Made by a program: the position numbers and the translations under genes. A stretch of DNA of 43,873 bases from Actinobacteria bacterium UBA912. GTDB taxonomy: Bacteria > Actinomycetota > Coriobacteriia > Anaerosomatales > UBA912. Shown here in pieces: positions 1-7,316 of the stretch. Position 1 is the first letter of the stretch; each line of letters opens with the position of its first letter. The notes beneath the pieces are model-generated. The model was not told the DNA's origin. It worked only from the letters and a program-made list of their open reading frames with translations, and made no database searches. The stretch is from NCBI GenBank assembly GCA_002293965.1, contig DBEG01000024.1, positions 1 to 43,873 on the forward strand, given 5' to 3'.

Positions 1-1
1 C

Positions 2-1099
2 CTTGAGTGGGGTCGAGTCACGGATGTCAGAAGCAGGTCGGTCTCGATCCAGCGGCTCGGCGTGGCGCTGGACTCCGGTGCGCTGGGTCGGGCGATCTGC
101 TATCCGCGCCTGACTGGCGGTTGCGAGGTGGGAGAGAGGGTGTTGCTCAACACCATCGCCGAGGATCTCGAACTCGGAACCGCGGGCGATCACTTCGTCG
201 TGGCGCGTGGCTCTACGACCACGGGCGTCGCTCATACCGATGATTCCGGCGGCCACATCATCAAGCTGCGATATACCCCGCTGCAGCACGATGTACTTGT
301 TGCCGAGGAACCCGCAAGCCCTCATCACGCGATCATGGCATCCGCGGTCGACGTTGGTGGTATGCCGGTCGCTTGCTGTGGTCTTCACAGTCAGGTCCCG
401 TTGGTTGCTGCTGCGATCAAATCCGCGGACCCAGAACTCCGGATCTGCTACGTGATGACCGACCAGGCGGCTTTGCCCATGGCGCTATCCAAGGTGCTGG
501 AAGCGTCCGTCTCGGCAGGTTTGATCGATACGACTGTGACTTGCGGGCAAGCATTCGGCGGTGCGATCGAGTCGGTTAATCTGCACTCGGGTCTGCTGGT
601 CGCCAAGCACGTGTGCGAGGCCGATATCGCGATTGTAGGCATCGGGCCGGGTGTGGTGGGGACCGCGACCCCGTTCGGACACGGCGGGGTGGCTCAGGGC
701 GAGGCCATCAATGCCGTCGCTACCCTAAAGGGCAGGCCGGTCGCGGTGTTGCGGCTGTCGTTCGCAGATGAACGCAAGCGACACCGTGGCGTTAGTCATC
801 ACACCCTCACGGCACTTTCGGCCATCGCGTTGGCCAGTGCGGTCGTGCCGATCCCGGTGCTGGGTGGTGACGAGAGTCCGCTCGTCGAGGAGGCACTCGC
901 CAGTGCCGGTGTGTGGAACAGGCATGTGAGGTACGATGCAAGTGCATCCACCGTAGCTCCCATGCGTGGAGTGGAAGTCAGATCGATGGGTCGCGGAATC
1001 GAGGACGACCCGGCGTTCTTCTCGGCGGCGTTCGCGGCTGGAGCCGCATGCGCTGATTTGCTGATCGGAAAGGGCGTAGACGACGCACCACATGGGTGA
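2..1099 (+). CDS. DUF3866-like conserved hypothetical protein, 5' end outside the window
   Basis: The frame of the track ORF 62..1099 stays open back to nt 2 (LEWGRVTDVRSRSVSIQRLG...), so the gene probably starts upstream. The N-terminal pattern ...YPRLTGGCEVGERVLLNTIAEDLELGTAGDHFVVA... matches my recollection of the actinobacterial DUF3866 family. Not verified by search. Confidence 0.5.
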   Translation, partial: LEWGRVTDVRSRSVSIQRLGVALDSGALGRAICYPRLTGGCEVGERVLLNTIAEDLELGTAGDHFVVARGSTTTGVAHTDDSGGHIIKLRYTPLQHDVLVAEEPASPHHAIMASAVDVGGMPVACCGLHSQVPLVAAAIKSADPELRICYVMTDQAALPMALSKVLEASVSAGLIDTTVTCGQAFGGAIESVNLHSGLLVAKHVCEADIAIVGIGPGVVGTATPFGHGGVAQGEAINAVATLKGRPVAVLRLSFADERKRHRGVSHHTLTALSAIALASAVVPIPVLGGDESPLVEEALASAGVWNRHVRYDASASTVAPMRGVEVRSMGRGIEDDPAFFSAAFAAGAACADLLIGKGVDDAPHG

Positions 1100-1138
1100 G
1101 GTCGCCTAATGCCTGCAATAGGACAAGGAGGCAACGAA

Positions 1139-2269
1139 GTGATAGTAGGAGTTCCCAAGGAGATCAAGAACAACGAGTTCAGGGTCGGACTGACCCCCGG
1201 TGCCGTCGCCGAGTTTGTGGCGCACGGGCATAGCGTGCTGGTAGAGGCGGGTGCGGGCGTCGGATCGACGTTCGGCGACACCGAGTACTCCGCAGCCGGT
1301 GCACAGATGGTCCCATCTGCCGACGAGGTCTTCGCTCGCGCCGACATGATCGTCAAGGTCAAGGAACCACAGGCCGAGGAGATCGTGAAGCTTCGCCCTG
1401 GCCAGATCCTCTACACCTTCTTGCACCTGGCACCTGATCTCCCTCAGACCGAAGGACTCATCAAGTCCAAGGCTGTCTGTATCGCCTATGAGACGGTCGA
1501 GCTTCCCAATCGCTCGCTACCGCTGCTCGCCCCGATGTCAGAGGTCGCAGGCCGAATGGCCGCGCAGGTCGGCGCCGCTTACCTCCAGAAGCCCAACGGG
1601 GGCAGGGGAGTGCTCATGGGAGGAATCCCAGGCGTGCTGCCAGCCAAAGTCGTCGTTCTCGGCGGCGGCGTGGTCGGAACGAACGCAGCGTACGTAGCGA
1701 TGGGAATGGGCGCCGATGTCACCATCATGGACGTCAACCTGGATCGCCTTCGTTATCTCGATGAGATTTGGGGCAACCGTGTCCGGACGATGTTCTCGAG
1801 CAAGCTCAACGTATCGCAAGTGATAGGCGAGGCCGATCTCGTAATCGGAGCGGTCTTGTTGGTTGGGGCCAAGACACCCTTCCTCGTGACCCGGGACATG
1901 CTCTCGACCATGCGGACCGGTGCAGTCATCGTCGACGTCTCGGTCGATCAGGGTGGATGCATCGAGACCACCAAACCCACCACGCATGCTGATCCCACTT
2001 TCGTGGTCGACGGCGTTCTGCATTACGGGGTCGCCAACATGCCCGGCGCTGTGCCTCACACCTCGACGCTCGGCCTGACCAACGCCACGCTGCGCCAGGG
2101 TCTCGCGATCGCCGACAAGGGATGGAAGCAGGCGGTGCTCGATGACGCGTCGCTCGCCAAAGGCGTCAACATCATCGATGGCGCAGTGACCTACGAGCCC
2201 GTCGCACAGGCGCATGGGATGGAGTTCACCCCTCTTTCGGAGATGATCGGGAGTGCAGCAGCAAGCTGA
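1139..2269 (+). CDS. ald: Alanine dehydrogenase
   Basis: [23 protein letters not shown]... is the typical Ald N-terminus, and [14 protein letters not shown] is the Rossmann motif. AAGGAGG at 1125-1131 lies 7 nt before GTG 1139, so I prefer this start over the track ATG at 1109. Confidence 0.9.
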   Translation: MIVGVPKEIKNNEFRVGLTPGAVAEFVAHGHSVLVEAGAGVGSTFGDTEYSAAGAQMVPSADEVFARADMIVKVKEPQAEEIVKLRPGQILYTFLHLAPDLPQTEGLIKSKAVCIAYETVELPNRSLPLLAPMSEVAGRMAAQVGAAYLQKPNGGRGVLMGGIPGVLPAKVVVLGGGVVGTNAAYVAMGMGADVTIMDVNLDRLRYLDEIWGNRVRTMFSSKLNVSQVIGEADLVIGAVLLVGAKTPFLVTRDMLSTMRTGAVIVDVSVDQGGCIETTKPTTHADPTFVVDGVLHYGVANMPGAVPHTSTLGLTNATLRQGLAIADKGWKQAVLDDASLAKGVNIIDGAVTYEPVAQAHGMEFTPLSEMIGSAAAS

Positions 2270-3197
2270 TGAGTTCATTGCGTATCTTGCGGTAGAGCGC
2301 GGCGCGTCTCGGCATACGCTGGATGCATATCGCCGAGATGTCGCCCGCTACCTCGAGTTCCTCAGCGCACGATCGGCTGCGGAGGTCGACGCCGTTACCG
2401 CCGATGACACGCTCGCTTACCTCCGGGAGTTGCGGGCTCGCGGGTATGCGCCCAGCACCATCGAGCGACAGATAGCTGCGATCAAAAGCTTCCACAGGTT
2501 CCTCGTGCGCGAGGGCATCACCAAGAATTGCCCCACTGAGGCGATCCCGTTGCCCAAGGTCCCCCAGAAGCTGCCCGATGTCATCAGCATCGAGCAGGCC
2601 GACAAGCTGCTCTCACAACCATTCGCAGCCGACGCTCGTGGTCGGCGGGACCGCGCCATCCTCGAGGTCTTGTACGGCTGCGGGATTCGCGTCAGCGAGC
2701 TCGTCGGCATGGACATGCCCTCGATCGATCTCGCCGCAGGGTTCATGCGGGTTTTCGGCAAGAGCTCCAAAGAGCGGGATGTACCTCTGGGTGGTGCGGC
2801 CGCTCGGGCGCTGGAGGACTACCTGTCCTACGGGCGACTGCTGCTGCTTGGGAAGGCCGGGTCGTTCAGGGGCACCGATGCGGTGTTCCTCAATGTCCGA
2901 GGCGGCCGGATTTCTCGGCAGTCGGTCTTCGCGATCGTGAAGCGGTACGGCAGGGCAGCAGGGTTGGAGAGCCTGCACCCACACACACTTCGGCACTCTT
3001 ACGCAACGCACATGCTTGGCGGAGGGGCGGACCTGAGGGTTCTGCAAGAGCTGCTCGGGCACGTGGACATCACCACGACCCAGGTCTACACACACGTCGA
3101 CAGGAGGCACATCCGTGAGGAGTACCTGTCGACGCATCCGCGAGCGAGACCCTCGCGTCGCGAGTCGTCTTCCTCGCCGAGGGGGGCGGAAGCGTGA
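2253..3197 (+). CDS. xerD: Tyrosine site-specific recombinase XerD (XerC/D family)
   Basis: N-terminal SAM-like domain ([23 protein letters not shown]). Catalytic C-terminus has [23 protein letters not shown] and [16 protein letters not shown] (R..HxxR..Y). No flanking repeats or tRNA, so it is housekeeping rather than an island integrase. Confidence 0.85.
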   Translation: MQQQADEFIAYLAVERGASRHTLDAYRRDVARYLEFLSARSAAEVDAVTADDTLAYLRELRARGYAPSTIERQIAAIKSFHRFLVREGITKNCPTEAIPLPKVPQKLPDVISIEQADKLLSQPFAADARGRRDRAILEVLYGCGIRVSELVGMDMPSIDLAAGFMRVFGKSSKERDVPLGGAAARALEDYLSYGRLLLLGKAGSFRGTDAVFLNVRGGRISRQSVFAIVKRYGRAAGLESLHPHTLRHSYATHMLGGGADLRVLQELLGHVDITTTQVYTHVDRRHIREEYLSTHPRARPSRRESSSSPRGAEA

Positions 3198-3511
3198 GGA
3201 CGGGTAGTAGGAGGTTTCTTCGGCAGGCGCTGTTCTCCGCGACGACATGGGGGCTCGGGTTCGCTTGCGGAGTGGCTGTCGGCGGGTGGCTGACGGTGAT
3301 CTCCGGTGCAGGGGCACCCGGGGTAGAAGCGCTCGACCTAGTCGACGACGTCTTAGTCCTGCCGGGCATCGCCGGCGCGGCCGTCTTCGTCCTGGTCATG
3401 GCGAGCCACGGAGTCATCCACCTCGTCAGGCGTCGGGGATTTGCTTCGCATGACCCAGACGAGGCCGACACCAATGCCCCAGGCTCCGATAGCGATCAGG
3501 TCGCCCGGTAG
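3194..3511 (+). CDS. Hypothetical small membrane protein (2 predicted TM), conflicts with the ORF on the opposite strand
   Basis: The GTG start overlaps the xerD stop (GTGA). Hand-counted third-position GC is about 80% over 3194-3352. There are two hydrophobic stretches. The last 159 nt overlap the minus ORF 3353..3622, so at most one model is fully correct. Confidence 0.35.
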   Translation: MRTGSRRFLRQALFSATTWGLGFACGVAVGGWLTVISGAGAPGVEALDLVDDVLVLPGIAGAAVFVLVMASHGVIHLVRRRGFASHDPDEADTNAPGSDSDQVAR

Positions 3512-3622
3512 GTCGAGCGAGAAATCGAATCCTCTGTCAATCGAGCGCAGAGTATAGGCGACGATCGGTATGACGACCGCCGCCCATATCGGCAACCGCA
3601 GGCTGGGCCTGAGCAGACTCAA
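3353..3622 (-). CDS. Hypothetical small membrane protein (2 predicted TM, acidic tail)
   Basis: The TTG start overlaps the stop of the upstream DUF4349 gene (AGTTGA), suggesting translational coupling. Hand-counted GC3 is about 75%. TM segments are LRLPIWAAVVIPIVAYTL and LIAIGAWGIGVGLVWVM. Confidence 0.4.
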   Translation of the reverse strand: MSLLRPSLRLPIWAAVVIPIVAYTLRSIDRGFDFSLDLPGDLIAIGAWGIGVGLVWVMRSKSPTPDEVDDSVARHDQDEDGRAGDARQD

Positions 3623-4665
3623 CTAGCATCCACTTCTTCGGCTGCTTCGTCGGATCGCTTAGCACGCCTGCGCTTGATGACTGGACGCGCTACAAGCCAG
3701 ACCAGCAGCAGGATGACGACTATCGGGCCGACTGCGCCCACTGCTACGATGAGCATATTGATCGTGCCGACGAAAGCTCTGACCGACTCGGTGAGCGCGG
3801 CCAGGAATCCCCAATCCTGACCGACCGGACGTACGACGGGCTTGGGACCGGTAAGCTCGATGGTCACCGTCGAGTGTGCAGCCTGGCGCTCAAGATAGGC
3901 GATCTGCGCCTGCATCGACTCGATCTCACCACGGACCCGCGAGAGTTCTTTCTCGACAGCGAGCATTTCGGTGACGTTCTTGGCCTTGGTCATGAAGTCG
4001 CGTAGTTGAGCCTCTGTCGCCTGCAGGTTCTTTAGGCGAGCACTCATGTCCACGTGCTCCTGGGTGACATCCGATTGACTCTCGACTTCGCGCAGTACAT
4101 TGCCGATCCCAGCCATCTCTGCTAGGAAAGCCTCGAGGCCCTCGGCCGGGATGCGAACGGTGATGTATCCGGACAGCGGAATCTGCTCGAGTGCCATCAT
4201 CTCCGAATAACGCCAAACGGGTTGATCTTCATCGGTGCTGACGTTGAGATCGATCACCACGCCTTTTTGCTTCTCGACCGCAGTTCTTATCGACTCGATA
4301 GCATCTTCGATCGATTCAACTCCAAGTCGCATGTCTACCCGTCTGATGATCAGGCGGTCCTCAGGCGGGATACCTGAGGCGTCAGGCCCGGCTCCCGACG
4401 GTGGCACGATGCCGATGGCAGCCTGATCCTCACCTGCGTATGGGTCGGCGGCAATCTTACCTTCAGGCGTGGCCCGTCCGTCGCCAGGTGGTTGAGGTTC
4501 CACCATGGGTGCGGACACGCCGCCGCCGGAAGGAGACTCTTGCGCCATATCGGCAGTCTGGTTGGCAGTGCACCCTGCTACCGATAACGCTAGCAAGACC
4601 AACAACATCGGCAACAGGACCTTCACAGCCCTAGATCCTTTCAGTGATGATCGCATGCCCGCCAT
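3619..4665 (-). CDS. DUF4349-like lipoprotein with coiled-coil region and C-terminal TM anchor
   Basis: Signal peptide plus lipobox (LLALSVAGC). The central block YITVRIPAEGLEAFLAEM...VESQSDVTQEHVDMSARLKNLQATEAQLRDFMTKAKNVTEMLAVEKELSRVRGEIESMQAQIAYLERQAAHSTVTIEL fits the DUF4349 pattern as I recall it. The C-terminal helix is LIVAVGAVGPIVVILLLVWLV. GAGGAG lies 5 nt before the ATG at 4665, so I prefer that start over the track start at 4680. Confidence 0.65.
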   Translation of the reverse strand: MAGMRSSLKGSRAVKVLLPMLLVLLALSVAGCTANQTADMAQESPSGGGVSAPMVEPQPPGDGRATPEGKIAADPYAGEDQAAIGIVPPSGAGPDASGIPPEDRLIIRRVDMRLGVESIEDAIESIRTAVEKQKGVVIDLNVSTDEDQPVWRYSEMMALEQIPLSGYITVRIPAEGLEAFLAEMAGIGNVLREVESQSDVTQEHVDMSARLKNLQATEAQLRDFMTKAKNVTEMLAVEKELSRVRGEIESMQAQIAYLERQAAHSTVTIELTGPKPVVRPVGQDWGFLAALTESVRAFVGTINMLIVAVGAVGPIVVILLLVWLVARPVIKRRRAKRSDEAAEEVDAS

Positions 4666-4777
4666 GGTGGCTCCTCTCATTTCGAAACGAAAGTAGACTT
4701 CTCAATGCTAACGCCCTCTACTCGGCGAAACTGGAGAGAGGGCGTCGGACACTTAGCAGCGATATCTTTTGTGAGGG

Positions 4778-4924
4778 TTACTCGGACCTGTCTTCGAGCT
4801 TCTTCATAGCGCGGGCTGCGTATACGGCAAGGGCGATGCCCATACCTACAACGATGAAGAAGGCCCACCACATGGTGATCCACATGGTCCCCGGGATGTT
4901 CGCTCCAAAAAGAGCAGCAATCAT
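4778..4924 (-). CDS. Small hydrophobic membrane protein, 48 aa, below the ORF-track length cutoff
   Basis: My translation of the reverse strand is MIAALFGANIPGTMWITMWWAFFIVVGMGIALAVYAARAMKKLEDRSE*. GGAGGTG lies 8 nt upstream of the ATG. A TTGCCG-N17-TACAAT promoter candidate sits just upstream. The + strand track ORF 4644..4928 is its antisense shadow. Confidence 0.45.
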   Translation of the reverse strand: MIAALFGANIPGTMWITMWWAFFIVVGMGIALAVYAARAMKKLEDRSE

Positions 4925-4963
4925 TTAGACGTCACCTCCACACATGGGTTGTCATCCACCCCG

Positions 4964-4992
4964 ATTGTACTCTCACGATTCGATGGCGGCAA
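4964..4992 (-). promoter_or_regulatory. Candidate sigma-A type promoter for the minus-strand small-ORF/DUF4349 operon
   Basis: On the reverse strand: TTGCCG (4992-4987), a 17-nt spacer, then TACAAT (4969-4964). It lies about 40 nt upstream of the small-ORF ATG. Confidence 0.4.
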
Positions 4993-5124
4993 TACGCCCA
5001 GTCATCTTATTCAGACTATATCGCTGTCAAGGTCGACCTCGCTCTTCCGTTGTCTTTATGACGCGCAATCCTCTCATCGAGTTCTTGTCACTTGGGGTCT
5101 CTTAGTGTGAGCCAGGGGATGCCC

Positions 5125-5192
5125 GTGGGATTCGGTGGGAAACTGGTGGGATGATTTCCCATGAAAGTGTTGCAAAGTGGGATTCAGTGGTA
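5125..5192 (+). promoter_or_regulatory. MraZ operator array, six phased GTGGG-type direct repeats
   Basis: GTGGGA at 5125, 5135 and 5146. GTGTTG at 5167, GTGGGA at 5177 and GTGGTA at 5187. Spacing within each triplet is 10-11 bp. The second triplet reads AAAGTGT / AAAGTGG / TCAGTGG. The array lies 75-140 nt upstream of mraZ. Confidence 0.6.
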
Positions 5193-5196
5193 TACA
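5170..5196 (+). promoter_or_regulatory. Candidate dcw (mraZ) promoter with extended -10
   Basis: TTGCAA (5170-5175), a 15-nt spacer, then TGgTATACA (TG at 5188-5189, hexamer 5191-5196). The spacer is short, so it may rely on the extended -10. It overlaps the second MraZ box triplet. Confidence 0.3.
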
Positions 5197-5266
5197 GTTC
5201 AGTGCATGGGATCAGCCGAGGCGATTCTCGGCAGGGTAGTACAAGGCGGAAGAGGTGCAGGACAGC

Positions 5267-5698
5267 ATGTTCTTAGGTGATCACCAGCATACGCTGGACT
5301 CCAAAGGACGAGTATCCCTGCCCGCGCGTTTCCGGATCGCGATGACAGGCAAGTTGGTCGTCGCAAAAGGTCTGGACAAGTGTCTCTACGTGTATCCCGC
5401 CGACGAGTATGTGCGCTTCGTATCCGATCTCATCGCACGAGAGGACTTCGAGCCAAGAGTGCGCAAGGTACGGAGATTCTTCACCGCCGGTGCTGTCGAG
5501 GTGGAACTCGATTCGGCTGGGCGCATCGGATTGCCTGCGAACCTGCGTGCGTGGGCGGGCCTTTCCAAGGACGTCGCAGTCACTGGGAACGGTAACAGGA
5601 TCGAACTTTGGGACTCCGAGGTCTGGAGTCAGTACAGCGAAGGTGGCGAGAACATCGAGGATCTCGCCCAGGAGCTTGCCGACGCAGGCTTGCTCTGA
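5267..5698 (+). CDS. mraZ: Transcriptional regulator MraZ
   Basis: MFLGDHQHTLDSKGRVSLPARFR and a second ...ELDSAGRIGLPANLR repeat are the two SpoVT/AbrB-like MraZ halves. The ATG at 5267 has GAAGAGG upstream. The track GTG at 5255 abuts that SD. Confidence 0.92.
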   Translation: MFLGDHQHTLDSKGRVSLPARFRIAMTGKLVVAKGLDKCLYVYPADEYVRFVSDLIAREDFEPRVRKVRRFFTAGAVEVELDSAGRIGLPANLRAWAGLSKDVAVTGNGNRIELWDSEVWSQYSEGGENIEDLAQELADAGLL

Positions 5699-5708
5699 GG
5701 ACTTGACA

Positions 5709-6668
5709 ATGGAATATCGGCACACCCCAGTTTTGCTGGCCGAGGTCACGCAGCAGTTATCGTTGCAACCCGGTTCGATCGTAGTCGATTGCACCTTAGG
5801 TGGAGCAGGACACGCGAAGCGGATAGCAGAGTTGATAGCTCCCACAGGAATCCTTGTGGGCATAGACCAGGACGAGGCAGCACTCAAAGCAGCAGAAGAC
5901 GCACTCTGCCTCGGCCAGCAGGTAGTTCTACTCAAGGGGAACTTCGGCGAACTCGATCGTTTGCTCGTCGAAGCACAGATCCCCTGGGTCGACGGATTCC
6001 TCTTCGACCTGGGAGTATCCTCACCGCAGCTTGACATCGTTGAGCGCGGGTTCACTTATCAAGAGGATGCTCCACTGGATATGCGGATGGATCAGTGCGG
6101 GCCTGTCACAGCAGCGGAGATAGTCAATACGTACTCCGAATCACAGTTGGCCCGCATTATCCGGGATTACGGGGAAGAAAGGTGGGCTTTGCGAATCGCA
6201 GCATTCATAGTAGCCGCGCGAGCCCGCCGCCCCGTGACGACGACCGGAGAGTTAGTGGACGTGATAAAGGCGGCGATACCCGCTTCGGCACGTAGAGCAG
6301 GGGGTCACCCCGCGAAACGGACATTCCAGGCGCTTCGCATCGAAGTGAACTCCGAGCTCAAGGTGCTCGAAACCGCCTTGTCAGCCGCTTTGAAGTGGCT
6401 TTCGCCCAACGGAAGGATCGCGGTGATCAGCTACCACTCGCTTGAGGACAGGATAGTGAAACAGCTGTTCAGCGAGGGTGAAAGCGCATGTGAGTGCCCG
6501 CAAGGGCTCCCCATCTGCGCGTGTCAGAAGGTGCCGATACTCCGAGTCTTGACCAAGCGGCCGATAGTACCCGGCCAAGATGAGATCGAATCGAACCCGC
6601 GTGCGCGCTCAGCGCGGATGCGGGTGGCCCAGAAGTTGGCGGATCCTACGAGCGGCGAGAGCCGATAA
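5709..6668 (+). CDS. rsmH: 16S rRNA (cytosine1402-N4)-methyltransferase RsmH
   Basis: MEYRHTPVLLAEV..., VDCTLGGAGHA, FDLGVSSPQLD and ISYHSLEDRIVK are classic RsmH/MraW motifs. The track ORF from 5409 is an upstream over-extension across mraZ. Confidence 0.92.
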   Translation: MEYRHTPVLLAEVTQQLSLQPGSIVVDCTLGGAGHAKRIAELIAPTGILVGIDQDEAALKAAEDALCLGQQVVLLKGNFGELDRLLVEAQIPWVDGFLFDLGVSSPQLDIVERGFTYQEDAPLDMRMDQCGPVTAAEIVNTYSESQLARIIRDYGEERWALRIAAFIVAARARRPVTTTGELVDVIKAAIPASARRAGGHPAKRTFQALRIEVNSELKVLETALSAALKWLSPNGRIAVISYHSLEDRIVKQLFSEGESACECPQGLPICACQKVPILRVLTKRPIVPGQDEIESNPRARSARMRVAQKLADPTSGESR

Positions 6669-6701
6669 GGGAAGGCCTTTAAGCGAGAGAGACCGGAGAC
6701 G

Positions 6702-7316
6702 ATGGGACTGGCTGCAAGACAACTAGCGAATGACAGGCCCAAAGCATCGCCGAAGCCTCGCTTGCGCGTTGTTTCCACCACGTCCTCACCGAAGCGTGCC
6801 ACCGCTCTGCGGGTCGAAGCCGATAGACGCAATCGTGACCTGTTCCTGATCGTGTCGGCGTTCATGGTGGTCGTGGCGATCCTGGCCGCAGGACGGATCA
6901 CGATCATGGCCAAAGCAGCCGAGGTGACTTTCGAGACCGCGAGTCTTTCGGCAGCTATCCGAGAGGAGCAGATCGAGACCGAGGCACTCGAGTTGCTCAC
7001 AGCGAGCCTCGTATCGCCCTCGAGAATCGAGTCTATAGCCGTTGACTCCCTGAACATGATCCGCGCCGAGGAAACCAGTTTCTTCGCGATGCCGCTTCCG
7101 GATTGTCCCACTTACCTCGCTGGTCTCGAAAGCGTCGCTGACTCGAGTGATGCTGGGCGGGCACTCGCCTCGACTGACGAAGTCACGGGTGAAGGCACTG
7201 GTGCCAACGAAAAAGAGGGCGTCTCGGCACGGGTGTTGGGCTCGGTCATGGAACTCGCGGCAGGTGAAGCGCATGCCCTGCTCTTAGGCGATGTCGGACT
7301 GGTGTCGATGCAGTGA
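6702..7316 (+). CDS. ftsL: Cell division protein FtsL-like (bitopic, septum formation initiator type)
   Basis: Position between rsmH and ftsI. It has a single TM (LFLIVSAFMVVVAILAAG), then a coiled region and SPSRIESIAVDSLNM, which resembles the FtsL signature. The C-terminal extension is acidic and low-complexity. Confidence 0.7.
   Translation: MGLAARQLANDRPKASPKPRLRVVSTTSSPKRATALRVEADRRNRDLFLIVSAFMVVVAILAAGRITIMAKAAEVTFETASLSAAIREEQIETEALELLTASLVSPSRIESIAVDSLNMIRAEETSFFAMPLPDCPTYLAGLESVADSSDAGRALASTDEVTGEGTGANEKEGVSARVLGSVMELAAGEAHALLLGDVGLVSMQ

Noticed and set aside
2253-3197. The tyrosine recombinase as a marker of an integrated mobile element or genomic island.
   Set aside because: Its sequence has the XerC/D housekeeping pattern. 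There is no adjacent tRNA, direct repeats, phage or transposon genes, and the flanking genes are core metabolism.
4711-4745. 9-bp stem-loop (ACGCCCTCT / AGAGGGCGT, 17-nt loop) between the small ORF and the DUF4349 gene, considered as an intrinsic terminator.
   Set aside because: There is no U-tract on either strand. I kept it only as a possible processing or attenuation structure within the operon.
4644-4928. Plus-strand 94-aa track ORF in the region upstream of mraZ.
   Set aside because: It has no SD. It runs antisense to the better supported 48-aa membrane ORF and across the DUF4349 start, and its translation is not protein-like.
5409-5708. Upstream extensions of track ORFs: rsmH from 5409, mraY from 11888, murD from 12670, sepF from 24469, pyrR from 37662 and pyrB from 38194.
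   Set aside because: The extensions overlap the preceding conserved gene in another frame. The family-typical N-termini with SD sequences begin at the internal starts I listed.
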